Of a stretch of 64,000 bases of DNA, positions 39,628-53,060 are shown in pieces. The translations under genes were made by a program, and so were the position numbers. This DNA is from Curvularia clavata (taxonomy: Eukaryota), in assembly GCA_023920165.1 (NCBI GenBank), contig CP089275.1:1674001-1738000 (forward strand), written 5' to 3'. Numbering within the stretch: position 1 is the first letter of the stretch; each line of letters opens with the position of its first letter. The notes under the pieces are model-generated. The model did not search any database. It was not told the DNA's origin and saw only the letters and a list, made by a program, of their open reading frames with translations.

Positions 39628-39979
39628 ACTTTCGTTCCATGCCTCCACGGCACTACAACGGCAACGAAAACCGCAATGGGTATACCATTGGCACACGAAG
39701 AAGTATCAGCAAACCATATAGAAACCTGGTTGCATCCAACTTTGACGTGATTTGTATCACCATAGCATGTCAAATAGCTTGTCCCCTAGTTAGGTCAAGA
39801 TGTGTTTTCCTTACTGTGAAGCAAGAAGGTAATACCGAATTATCAATAACTTGTAGATTGTATAAATGTTTCGTGAAATGAAGGTTCAAACGGAAAGACG
39901 TTCGTAGAACCTCCTGACTTTGCCCAATGTAAGAAAACGCCTCGAAGACCATTTGTCTACTGATTCTCTGTCACCAACC

Positions 39980-42900
39980 TTACCCCCCAGCAACCACGGC
40001 CAAGCCTTCGTAAATTTGTCTCCTCACTCGTGAAAATGTCGCCGCATCGTTGGTCCTGGGGTCGAAATTTCCATATGCGCCGCCATCAATCTCAATTTGA
40101 CCAGTCGCCGTCTTCCTCACTGCCACAGTGCCATTGACGACAAGTACACCCTCGCCACGGAACTCAGCCTGCATGCCGTTGGCATTCATGAGCTTCCTCA
40201 GATCAGCGAGACGGAGGTCGCCCACATGGAAGGGCTGAGCGACCGAGCGAACTGCCGTTGCCATATTGGCAGGGACAACGTCGAGGACAGGTGTGTCGCT
40301 GTTATTATCACTCGAGACAGGGATAGCGGGTGCATCCAGACGAGCCTTCTTCTTTGCAGGTGTGTCGGCTTCTTCCTTAACTTCGGGCTCGAGGCTTGCA
40401 GCTGCAAGGCGGCCTGTGATGGCCACAACGCCCATGCCACGGACGTTTTGCCAGCGCAGATTGCGCACCATGCTTCTACTGAGCTTGACACTCCAAGCGT
40501 TAGTGTCAACGCTGGCATTAACCATCATGCCTACTGTTGGTGTAAAAACATCGATGGCGCTGGCTGAATCGGTGTTGGCATTGAGCGCTATGCGGCTGAT
40601 CTCTGCAAGTTCCAGAGTCTCGCCTTCCTCTCCACCGACGAAAATCAGCTTTCGCGGTTTGATCAGCGGAATGAGCTGCTGGATTGTGCGGCGGTCGTGT
40701 AGACCAGAGAAATCGACAAAAGCTATCCGACACCGGATCTCGAGCGTCTCCGACTCGATAATGACCTTTGACGGACCTTCCACCTTGTCAGGGTCTTCCT
40801 CTGGCTCACTATCCGACTCTCCCTCTTCACCTTCTTGACCTTCCCTCTCTTTCCGACGTTTTTGATTGGCAGTGGCTTTGACGGTATCAGTGTTATTGAC
40901 TAGATCGTCCCATCTCCTCTTCTGGCCGACAGCATTTTCCTTCTTCGCATCCTCGCCACGAAGTGCCTCTCCAGCTGTGTTATCCTCCTCTTCAGCACGC
41001 GCAAAATCCTCCGGACGAATAAGTTCGCCAAAATCATCGGTCCGACGTTTTTTCGCCTGGAACGGAAACATCCTCTCTTTACCTTTCTTGCCTTGCACTT
41101 CGTAGTCATAGACGTTCTTGCGGCGGATAAGTACGTTGACGCCGAGCTCAGCATCTGTCATACCAAGCTTGTTCCGTGCATGCTGCAGAGCGACAGTGGC
41201 ATTCAAAGCCTTTCCGCGATACCCGTCGCCAGAGCCCTCTGAACTTTCCGATTCAGTCGATGATCGGTCATCCACCACGTCCGCTGATGTTTCGAGCAGA
41301 GCTGCGTTGTCTCCACCCATGGTAGTTTGTCGCTGCCTTTGGCTTGCAAGGAACTGCTGATAAAGCGGAACTTCATCACCCTCTAGCGCCACTGCCCGCA
41401 CTGTTTTCCATGGCACCAGGTCGCCTGAAGCATCAACTACGGCAGCAGAGGGTGTATCCTGGCCTGGTGATGTGTTACGCTGATTCCACAGGTCCCAGAG
41501 ATATCTACCGAGTCCCCTTTTTTGGGTGGCCAATTCACCCGATCTTTCGGTAAGAATAACCAGATTCTTCTCATCAGAGGCTAGGCTTCGAAGGGCATCT
41601 TTTGAGAATCCCCACTCGAGTGTGGTATCACTTGCCAATATGACACGTGGTTCAGAAGCGGCGAGCATTCTAGCTACGCGTGTTTTACGCTCCAGCAGTG
41701 TGATGTGCCTGAAATCGAAGGGAACTTTTGCTCGATCCTCCTCTTTCCCACTCTTGTTCTTTCGATCCTGATCTGCTGCACTTGCTTCAAATTCTTTGAC
41801 GATGCCCTCCTCCATCCACTCCAGCATGCTCCGCACGTACCGCATAGTTGCACCTCCTGTCCTGCTCGCAAGATATATCTTTGCGTTTGCCAGAACACTG
41901 TCCGTACCTTGCTCTGTTGTCTCTCGGTGCCATGTTTCTTCGAGAAGATATGCCAGCTCGAGAATACGGGCACTGGAGTCTGAAGGAATCAAGACGGTGC
42001 CGCCATTAACTACTGTATCTCGTATCATTTCGATCAATGCTTCGTCTCGCTTGGTGGGCGGCTTAGCGACCTTGACCATGTTGGTATTTTTGCTGCTGCA
42101 GATCAAGGCAGTTGGGCGACGCAGTTGTTCCAAAACCTCAGAGCCACCGGTACCAGGGCCGCCGAGCCACGCAGCTCCAGAGAGGACGTGTTCCCTGGCC
42201 TGGTTCCAGTCGACTGCATAGACAACCGACTCCATGCCATGCTGAATGTGCCATATTGAGCCTCCTAATGTATGTCCAGCGCTATATGCGGTGATGGTGA
42301 GGCCGTTTAGTGGCGGCGAATGAGGTGAGGGAATGGGCTGATGTGGCTGCGAGTATCGCAGCGGGTTTATGCGGGCAAAGTAATCGGCAATCTCCTGGGC
42401 TGTGGGCGCCTGGAGAAGGATGTTGGGATTCTTGCCGCCCTTGAGTGCGGACGAGAAGGAGTATGCTGATTCATTGAGGGCTTCGGTAGGGATAATCGAG
42501 GATGCAAGGGGCGTCGATTCATAGAGATCCTGCAAGAGTGTCCGACCGAGCGATATGACGGGATTGGTGGCGTAGACGGGGATTCGCGTGAATAGAGGAA
42601 AGTTCTTGCAGCAGTGTACGTAGGCGCCCAGATGCGCTGTGGTCGCATGTGTGAGAAGGATGAAGGAGAGTGTAGGAACATGTCTGGAGCAGCATGATTA
42701 GTTGAGTTCTACATATATCGTGTGCATGTCTACGAGGAGCTTCTGCTGCAGCTGACTGCCTGGTCTCTTAGGTGCATGTGGAGCTCGAGATGCGATGTAC
42801 AAACACTATCTGCACTGGTTGCGCCATGCGCTCAAGGACCTACCTCTCAATTTCCTTCAGCTGCTCTACGCTAAAGTCCTCGTCCCATCCGACGTCTATG

Positions 42901-42989
42901 AGGATCTGTATCCCACCGTCGAACTCAAGCAGTGATTGCGATGCTGGCGACGAGCTTTGCGCGCCCAGAAGAGGTGTGAAGTTGAACAT
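39980..42989 (-). CDS. CFT2: Cleavage and polyadenylation factor CPSF100/Cft2 (metallo-beta-lactamase/beta-CASP), 2 exons
   Basis: MFNFTPLLGAQSSSPASQSLLEFDGGIQILIDVGWD, LLTHATTAHLGAY, YSAGHTLGGSIW, YAVDWNQ, VDFSGLHD and HVGDLRLADLR. Intron about 42843-42684. Confidence 0.96.
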
Positions 42990-45900
42990 CTCGACAGTCG
43001 CTAGTGGTTTAGATGTAGGCGACTGTCGCTATCCAAGCGCATAGTGTCACGTCCTGGATTGGAGTCGCGAGTCGGTGATGTTCTTTGATGGGTCTCTAGA
43101 TCGGTGAGACTTGACGACACGCGTCTGAGCGCGACTGCTCCCGGCGAAAGGTTTCTCCGCTGTTCCTGCGTAATCAGCCCAAGAATTCTGGTTGCACAAC
43201 TTCAGGGCCAAGAACATGGCTGAACGTCTTCTGATCTGCCCTCATTGAGTCTTGAGCAGTATGCTTTCACTGCATAGAGAGCGACAAGTATAGTGCAGCA
43301 TCAATTGCAGCACCCTGGCCTGCACAGGTATCAGGTATGTCTAGTCGGGGCCGAATTGGAAAATAGGCCGACTAACGCAATTTACCACCAGGCCCTTCTC
43401 CCATCTGTGCTTGCTAATCGCGCCGTCAACGCGCCTCCGCAATTAGAACCGTCTCATTGTAAGAGTCATGGCTACAACTCGGGATTCCTTTGTGGAGAAA
43501 AAACAAAAGTTTACACACGGTGATAATATCGCTTGGAGGGAATAAATTTGAATGGCAGTCGATCATCCGCCCGCACGCGCATTTGCTGGGAACACTAGGA
43601 TAGTACGCGTTTCACACTCGACTGCCGGTGGCCGGGATTGGACGCAATAAAGGGCTCGGGAGCGGGCTGCGAGTCCTCCAGGTGTGGCTGTGAAGCGTCC
43701 TGGCTGCATGTGCTGTCCAGAAGGCCTTGGTCGCATCTCGAGACGGAATGTCGGAACGAAGCCGGTATGTTGTACACGCCAGCCCACCCGCGGACATGCA
43801 GCTTTCGTATTGCCTTTCCGACTGTCCGTATCCCAGCTCATGTGAGGCTCTCCTGATTGATCATGCCAACGCAACAAACTGGAAAAGACGTCATGACAGG
43901 TGTCAAGAAGCACCATGGTTCTCCCTGGCACGGCAATACTAGTCGTTAGTCTTGCCCACTCCGCCCCAGAAGTCTCTCGAACCTCGCTCAACAATTGCTG
44001 CACATGCAGCTGCTGTCTGCAACCATCGGCGGCGTCGACCTTGCTAGCGAATGGAACGGCATGGCGATCCCAAGTGACCCCGCAGCCCATCCCTGCCGCT
44101 AGTTGCTGCAAGTCATTCGCCGTGTCTCCTCTCGGCTGCGTGCGTCCGTCCGTTATTTTCAAAAAATGTAAAAACGGGCTAATGTCCGTCACCCACTATG
44201 GATGCCGCCTTGAATACGCAGGGTCGTGGAATCTGACCCCATCTTTATCTCCTCCCCCTTCAAACAGCCACAAGACTTTGCCCCAAAGTCTGTGCTGCGT
44301 CATGATACTCGTCAGCCACGGACATTGAGTCCCAAAAGAAGCTGATTGCAAACTGGAAACGGCAAGATCGAGCCCGTGTGGGCCACCTAGCTCCACATCG
44401 CGATGAGACGGCGGAACCCAAGACTTGATGCCTTCTACCGATTCATGCTCGATGAGTGGCTTTGGCAGCTTAATTCGCAGACAGCAAGCCGGCGGCAAGC
44501 TCTCCCAAAAAAGCTAACACCGTCGATGAAAAAAAAAACGCCACACTATGCCGCCCAATTCACAGCTTGTTTGGCGAAGGCTGTCAATATACGCAAGGCG
44601 TACCCGGTATGCTCATGTATATGTACACACACACAAGCACACACGCTCCTGCACTAATCGGCGCGGCAATTGTCCTCTGCTCTCGACCCCGTCAAAGCTC
44701 TCGGCTGGGACCGAGGAGGTCAGGTCAGGGTACTGCGGAAGCCCGTCAGGAGCCAGCGCTGGGAGCGTGCCCCCTTTGTGCCCGTCGTCCCGCTCCGGCC
44801 GCAAAGTAACCAGAATCCCATTACGCAGGGAATGGCATCGCGCAAAACACTATGTACCATCTTGAAAAAACAAATACCCAGAGCCCTTTCAGGATAGTCA
44901 GTGTTTTACTCGCCATGCAGCCAGACGGGAACAATGCTCGTCAATCGTGCCCAAAGCAGCACTAGATTGTAGGCGCGCGCTGGATGCTAACTCGCTGACA
45001 CGCGTCGTGATTGCGGGGACAGTACATGCAAGCTTATGACATCTCGAACAGACTTTGGCCGGCCGTTGCTCGCTGAACCTACCAGGCGCGCTGTCGATGT
45101 GAGGATCCCCTTAGGCGTCGCCATCCCTGAAATGTGGCTTGCCGCTGGAAACACTCAACGCAGCCTGGTCGACTGTCGGCGTGTTATGATCGACTTTGCT
45201 CCTGCCACCCAAGAACGCTCTAGAGCCGCAGAATCGTGTCCGATTCGACCAGCCCACAAGCGTGGAGTAGTAGCGTCGTCAGGTCACACACGCAAAGCAT
45301 CGCGGAGGTGTAGCACGATATGCTGGGCGTCTGAAAGTGGGGCACCTCATCGACTAAGGACGCCTTAAGTGCCGTGTAGTTGCTAATCATATTCGAGCCC
45401 AGCCATGAATTGGTAGTGTCTGCGTGGTGACAAAATAAGCATCAGATCGAGAAGGGTGCCAAAAACATGGCGAGCCGACCTTGGCTGTCAGCAAGTGGTC
45501 AATCAAAAAAGGTATCGGATGTGTGCGTGCGAGGGCATACTAAGGCGTTCACACACAACCTGCAGCCCACCCCCTGCTGCTGCTGGGTCACCAGCTTCGA
45601 CACTGAGAACCTTGTGCAGCCAACGAGAGGCGTGAAGTGGCTAGCAGACGAGCGATGGTATGAAGCCGCTCTAGAGCGATTCATGCACCATTCGATACAC
45701 ACACTAGGAACATCACGTTTCAATGCTTCATCAGGTTTTCCAACAACCTCCAGACGATATAGCGTTCGCGCCGGCAACGGGCAGCTCAGTCACCTGCAGC
45801 TTTCCGATACGATTCACAGCTGCGGTTGACACTGTTCTTTGCCTGCCCGGTGCTCTGGCTGCCAGCGTCGGTCGATTCTCTGCTTTAAGTTGATGGCGGC

Positions 45901-46713
45901 CCAGGGTCATGGTTACAGCGGGACCAGTGGATTACTTCTAGGATTATCCTCCATTAACCAGTTTAGAAGCGACCTGGTCCTGCTGCTGCGACGCTACTTC
46001 AACGCACTATATCCTCTCGCCTTTCTACCTGGCTCCGTCGCCAGGCTCGAGTTATCCGGCCCTGCACTCTAATACCTAGTCGACATTATCCCACCCGTTC
46101 GAGCACATACCTTCGCCACGCCTTTTATCGCGTCTCCGCACCCTTCCGCTACTCATCTCTTACTTCGGCCCTTCCAACCTCAACTTCGACATTGATATCA
46201 AAACAACCCCTTCCCCCCTCCCAACGACCTGGCTGTTGCTTATCCCTGCCCGCGCTGGTCTGTGTTCAGCTCAGCCGTTCATCTCGGAACGACGCACTTT
46301 TGCCGTTAGTTCCACCCCCCAACCTTATTGGATGTCCCGCGCCGCCCACGACTCGCTAAAGACGCATTCCCCCGCCCTCACGCAACCTACCGCGCGATCA
46401 CTCGAGGCATCAGGAGCGGACCGCTTGGACCCTCCTACGACACATTGCTCGTCTTCCGCTTGAGCAGTTGCCGCACCGTTCCACAACTAACCTGTGCTCT
46501 TCCCTTGTCCAGCATTGGCCAGCGGGAGCACAAGATAACTCTTAGCTGCCGCTTGTTGCATTGCGTCTTTGCCGGGCCCAGTTGCAACACCCCCCCCCCC
46601 CCATCGGTCGTCTCTTACTTTGTGTCACCATTCACGCGTAGAACGGATTGGACATCCAATGCGCGTTCCTCTCTGCCAACAGTCCTCCTAGACGTCCTCA
46701 ACTCTTGGACCGA

Positions 46714-48544
46714 ATGATCTCAACTAACTCCTTCGGCCCTTCGCCGCCAGGCGCACATACACGTTTGAGCACGAGCTCATCACCTCAGCCCTCCATGTCT
46801 TCCGCAAGCGACTCCCCATTTACTACTCCTAGCTACGATTCCAATGTCTTCACCATCCCAGATACACAGTCCGAAGAGAGGACAGATGTGCGAACGGGGT
46901 CCCAGGAGGTAGTACCAAAGGTGGAAGAGACGGAACTCCAACTGGCCGATGTCAAGGAAGAGCCATCTCCGGAGGACGCACCCATCTCCCCAACAGAACC
47001 AGTACGGGTACGAAGAGCTCGTGGTAGACCAAGGATACACCCTCCACGCTCGCCTACTACTCTTGCTAAGCAAGCCAAAGCTCGATCAAAGACGGGCTGC
47101 ACGACATGTCGAAAGCGAAAGAAGAAGTGTGATGAGACCAAGCCATTCTGTACTTACCCCATAGCCCAGCGCTGCCAAAGTGTATGCTAATGAAGACTAG
47201 GCTTGTCATGTCAGAAGAACAACATCCATTGCGAAGGCTACAAGCCCGTTGAGATTTGGAAGAGTGGAAAAGAGCGTGCCGCAGAAGGTTTGTAGTCTTG
47301 CCTCTACTGCTTGCTTTTTGGAAGTGGGCCAAGCTAATACTGCAGCAGCCCGCAAGCGAAGTCAAGACGTCAAGTTCGAGCTTCCGCCTCTAATGGAGGG
47401 CGTCGAGAACGACCTCGACCGCAACCTCCTGCAGCATTTTGTCAGCAGGGCCAGCGCCGTACTCACCTTACACGGAGACAAGTCGACCAACCCTTTTACC
47501 AAGATCTTGTTGCCCATGGCTCTCCAGCATGAAGGCCTGATGCATTCAGTCTTGTGTCTGTCAGCTTCTCACATGTACTCTGTCAATCCATTACAGGAGT
47601 ATGAAGATAGGCAGGCTTTCCATCGAGGCAAAGCTCTGCAGCTTCTCAAGCACGATCTCGAACGGCAGAAGGCCGGCGAGGGTGGGGTCATGATCTATGA
47701 AGACTCTAACGTGGCCCAGATACTACTCCATCTTCTACATTCGATATGCGATGGTAACACATCCGGCGAGTACCGAATGCACATGATCGCCGCAAAGCAG
47801 ATTGCGATGAACCAGAAGTCATCCAACCCAGAGTTCCAGACCCTCTTCGACGAGTTCTTCTATTATCACTGGATCGCAAGTCAGATCACGTCCTTGGATG
47901 GTGCCGAGGTACCCATGATGGACGACTTCAACCTACCCTTTAAGATTAGCCCGGAAACAGCAGGGCTCATTGGGGTATCCGACGGCCTGTTTGGCTTCAT
48001 CTCTAAGATCAGCAATCTACGCCGGAAGATTCGTGCCCGCATTGACGAGAAGATTGAGCCCATCATGGACTATGAAGCCTTGCTCTCAGCACATGCTATC
48101 GACAGTGGTCTACGCTCATGGGTATGCCCCCATACACCGGGGTCCCCTCGGTACACAATCTCGATGCTGTACCGCCAAGCAACATGGGTCTATCTCTACC
48201 GTACAACGAAGGATTCAAAACCGCACCCTTTCATCAAGAGCGCTGTCGACGATGGTATCCGATACATAAATGAGCTACCTGCAGAGGGTTGGGTTCAGAG
48301 CAATGTTCTCCTGCCCCTCTTTCTGATTGGGTGTGCAGCGTTTGAGGAAGAGCAGCGCGTGGAAATCAACCGGGCCTTCGCCGGTCTGATTGCCTGTACT
48401 GGGCTCGGTAACATTGGATTCGCGAAAGAGGTTGTGGATCAAGTCTGGGAGCTTATGAGCTCGGATGACCCCGAGGTCCAGAAAGAGAGTTGGGACTGGG
48501 AGCGACTCATCAACGCACGTGGATGGGATTTCCTTGCGACATGA
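46714..48544 (+). CDS. Zn(II)2Cys6 transcription factor with an AT-hook and a fungal-specific TF (Fungal_trans_2-like) domain, 3 coding exons
   Basis: RARGRPR (AT-hook), then RSKTGCTTCRKRKKKCDETKPFC|LSCQKNNIHCEGY with the cluster split by the intron at about 47150-47200. C-terminal NPF...LPMA...LMHSVLCLSASH and LLPLFLIGC...W. Confidence 0.93.
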
Positions 48545-49534
48545 TTTGAGATAGGGGTCGCTGGGACACTTTGCGCATACCTCAGCAAGCCACCAGTTGC
48601 TTCACGATATCGCGATACGCTTGGCACATCACTTTCGACTATTTTCCCGAGATACGATCTTCTCACTGTATTTACAGTGTGGGTCAGGATGATGTAGCAG
48701 ATGCTGAAAGGGGGGGTCTGTTGTGGTGCACGGCTCTCATGGCCATGAGGAAGATGCACCGTGACGCAACGGCTCGGCCACATATTCGGCATCCAGGGTT
48801 TCTTATTCAAACAGCGGTTGTACGGGCGTAAAAAAGGAGTCATGAATGGCTCGGTGGACCGATTGCGTGGTTCTTCGCCAGTTCCACCAAGGCTCGGACC
48901 GGCAGCGAGGGACTACATGTAGCCTCACGACCAGGTTGCATTGGGAGTGGGTACTTTCTTTCTCTTTTCACACGGCGGTTCTGCGTTAGGGCAACGGGAA
49001 AAACGGCTCTATTTTGATTCTGCACTCTATTTTTTGTTCGTATTTTGCTTGATTTTTTTTTTTTTGGTTTTGCTCTGCTTTCACAGGCGTCACCGGTCTC
49101 ACTCAGTTGTCAATCAGCTGTAGCTAGATCCCCGCGCACCACAACTTTTTTTCTTTGGGCGGCGTCCATGTCAGTCTGTGTGCATACCAACACGGACACA
49201 CACCTACACCAAACGCTTGCGTGGGCGAGGCAAACTCGTACACATGGCACTGCAGCACTTGTTGAATTAGGACCGACTATAGCTGGCAGGCATTTAGTTT
49301 TTCGTTCGTTGCGATGACGACACGTATGTATGCATAGGAGGGCAAGGTATATAATTTCATGGCGCGGCACAGCAACACGCATCCGATATCTCCACTCTTG
49401 GTTTCTGGGTTTTGTACACAATGTGGGTTCGGCAAGGAACGTATGGCAGAGCAAGTGATCAGTGATTTGCCTCGGTGATAAGGTGAGGCCTCGCTTCACA
49501 TTGCTAAACACTGCTGCTGGCTGGGCACGCAGGT

Positions 49535-49560
49535 TGGCTGGCTGGCTGGCTGGCTGGCTG
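49535..49560. repeat. (TGGC)6 tetranucleotide microsatellite
   Basis: tggctggctggctggctggctggctg. Confidence 0.9.
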
Positions 49561-52500
49561 CAAAGCTATCACCATCGAACCGTGCCACCAGCATCCGGAT
49601 AACTCCACTTGCTGCGGGAGCATGTTCGTTGTTCCTCCAATCCGCGGGAGTAGTACCAACCCAATAGTCTGGCGGGCATCCTTCGTGCGTTTCGTCGGAA
49701 CGACCCCATCTTGTCACAATAAGGACAGGCGTAGGAATTAGCCTGACTCAGAAGACCTTCAGCTGTGCAGCTGTGCAGCCACAAACTTCTCAAAACGCTC
49801 TCGTGCATTTAACCGGCTGCAGCGTGCGGGAAGCAGTGATCAAAGCGACTGCTCCAGAACCTAGAGGTTGGAACAATAGACAGGCTTGCGCTGCCTTGTG
49901 TCCAGGAATCCTACTGGTAGGAAGACGAGCCACGAGACGAGGGACACGCATATGCCGACAGGCAGATCGGCCCAAGGTACCAGGGTCCATTCCCGGCATG
50001 CGTGGGGGGAGGGACGCCGCTCAGGCTTGTCCAGTCACAATGGTTGGTCATGGGCCGGTTGGAGAGGCGCCTGCTTGGACGGCTGTGTCCTTGTCCGGCG
50101 CCAGGCCCATCTAATGCTTCCGGGTTACCTTCCTAGCGAGAAATCATGACGGAATACCCAATACCAGCGACCCGAAAGTCATAATCAGTCTGCAGGCATC
50201 ATTCGGCCCTTTTGCGCTTTGATCATCCTGGGCCGTATGTAACCAGCCAAGGGCCCCTCCTCTTGCTTATTCCCCTCTCTTTCCCCCCACGCTCGCTCGG
50301 CAGGGTTGGGTTATATTCCGTGCGATCGTTAGACATATAGCCTGATCCTAGGATACGACTCCCATTGTACTCTCTGTACCTGACACTAGGTATGAAAGGG
50401 AGTTTGACAGCATCACTATGTATGTACACAAGCATTGTTTGGATGGAGCACCGTTGCGTCCGCATGCTGAGTCGTTCATGGGTCATGAGCCATATTTCAG
50501 TGGTCATGGATGACGTTCGTTGGTAGTGCATGGCCTTGCCAAACCGTCCCGGAGCGGCCGCTGCTTTATTCTCTGTAACCAGGCAGATCTGGCGATGCAT
50601 GCATACCAAAACGCGAGCCGACTCTCCCTCTCTTCCAATCTTGTTATCAATATCCGTGATCCCGGGCGCTCACCTACAGATAAGCAGTACATTTGTAGAA
50701 TATTGTTACAGCGATGACGCATTATACAATGGTCTGTCGCCATCGGAAGGGGCCTCTAACACTCTCCACAAGCCGACGAGATCGCCCCGTTATCCACATT
50801 CTCGCATTCGCATACAACAAATCAAGGGTGCCTCTCTCCACGACTCGTTCATACCGGTCCACTCCCTAACAGGTGTTGGGTACGGAAAGCGGCCAAGGCC
50901 GTTGACAGGTCTCTAAAAAGTAACGCGTCGCACGTGCAATTTCCCTTCACCTGGGTCTGGACACCCAACCCAGCTGTTCCCCTTGTCTCGCCTGTCAAAA
51001 AGGCAACACAACAAAAGATGATCGTGCACGCACCCAACGGATTTAACGACTTTTGCATTTATGCCTTTTTTTATTCCATTTCATCACCGCATAACCATGT
51101 ATACGCACGGTGCCTGCATATGGTCCACCGATCACTTTCCCCACAATGCAGAGACCAGTCCATGACTGCGATCAAGGAAGGAAAAAACTCTCCGTGGTAC
51201 ATGGTACCTTAGCCTAGCTAGAACGACGCTCGCGTTCCAGAGTCTGGGGAAAGCCGACGTTGTCAGCCTGCATCTTGTTTGCAGGCTGTTGGTCAAAAAA
51301 GGTGTCCTGCTTTACACTTATCACATGCGCAGTACCCAAAATCCACAGACGTGAGCGTTTCTCCACACGTGCGCAATCGGGCAGCGCCTCACACCGTTTT
51401 CCTCACAACGGTTTGGCTAGTCTCACACCGATGTAAGCTTTGTCGTGTGGCTAATCTCGCATCACCCACGCGTATCCCGACGCAAGCCATTTCCCCCAGG
51501 ATTCGTCATCTAGTCGGTGTGATTTGCGTGGATTACTTGGTGGATGGAGGAAAACGTGACCGATATTCCATGCGAACTAGATGTTCTACTAGATAAAGTG
51601 TGTCATATGTGAGGCGGCCTCGTTTCGCCTCCCAAGTGCACCTGCAGCTGACATGCAACCGAACAAGGTTACTGTGTCAGCATTCGCATGGCTACGCGTG
51701 GCTCTTGGGATGGATGAGCAAGTTTGGGTATTGGATATTGGGTTATTGGATGGCAGCCTAGATGACAGGCAGGGCTTAGGTCTGGCCTGTCTGCTTGAAT
51801 ATCAGGTCATTCCGAGGAAGAGGATGGGGAGGGAGGGAGTGATCACTATCGTGGTTTGTCCGGAGACCGCCGCCGCCATGGGTCTTTCTGCTCACCACAT
51901 GTCAGCAGTTGAAGGAAAAAAAACAAAGACAGGGTTCATATTTTGCGAAAGCTGGATATTCCGCAGGGCAAGACAACCCCAGGGTCAATGACGATCATAC
52001 CATGCATGATAGTGAGCCGCAATAAGGATATGTTCAAAGCAGGCTGACGACACTGCCGTGGCGAGTGCGGATACAAGAGTCAGTGTAAGGTTACGTATAG
52101 CGGTAGTGGAGGGCGACGGCATATGTTAATAGGCTGGGTACAATGCCCGCCAACCCCAAGCAATCGCATTTCCAATATCGTCCAGCATCAGGCATGGGCA
52201 ACAAGATTTGCCCATGTTTGTGTATGTGTGTGTGACTGTCTATACGCCGCGTCTGTCTTCGCACAATACTACGGTGCACAACGACGCCCTGTGAATGCAA
52301 GGTGATACAAGATGGGATTAGACAAGCATAAAGATTTCGGCTATCGTAAGCCAAACAAGGTAACAGTCAAAATTAGTGCCATGCAGGCATAACCGTAAAG
52401 CCACGAGGACAATACAACATTGGAAAGCACACAGTCACTTTTTTTTTTGCCCTTTTGCCCTCTCATGCTTACCCACCTTTTCTGCACCAATCCCCATGCA

Positions 52501-52689
52501 CACCTGCACAATGATGAAAATCACAATTAGGCAGCAAGAAAAAAAGTGAGGCAAGGCAAAACATATCAGAATAAGAAAACTGGATCGAATAGCAAGACAT
52601 GATATCGAGATAAACTGGGTCCACTGATCGGTCCTTTTCTCTCTTTGGCGGGAAACAGGAAAAATTCCCTTCCTTCCCGCACCCGCTGT

Positions 52690-53060
52690 TAACCTAGTAC
52701 ATACAAGTACAGATTCGTAGTGGCCTTTCTCCACGATCAACGCCAACGGCTTGCAAGTCCCGACGGGCAAATCGCTCATTCGCGTCCCGCTGCACAATGG
52801 CGTGTGTTCTGTGCCGCATAGCCGCTCAAAACGGGCAAGTCACACAGCAGTACACCCAGACGGTACTTTCGGCCGCTTTCCTCAGGCGGAACAAACATCC
52901 GCTGCCAATGAATCGCGTCTCTCTGCACTGCCGAGGGTGAATGAGAGACGAGGTTGAGGCTCCTTTCTGCGATAGTGCATTTACGAAATAGGGTTCTGGT
53001 GTCACTTGTGGGTTGCTTGCCCTTGCAGCATGGCTGCATGTAGCCTTGTAAGTGTAACTG
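52690..53060 (-). pseudogene. Possible decayed OTU-like cysteine protease fragment
   Basis: TLFRKC...AVQRDAIHWQRMFVPPEESGRKY...DLPVLSGYA, then in another frame LALIVEKGHYESVL, which resembles the OTU HYxSV motif. The catalytic Cys motif is absent. Confidence 0.2.

Noticed and set aside
43563..44192. 209-aa minus-strand ORF upstream of CFT2
   Set aside because: No recognisable motif or coding-like codon usage, and several equally poor ORFs overlap it.
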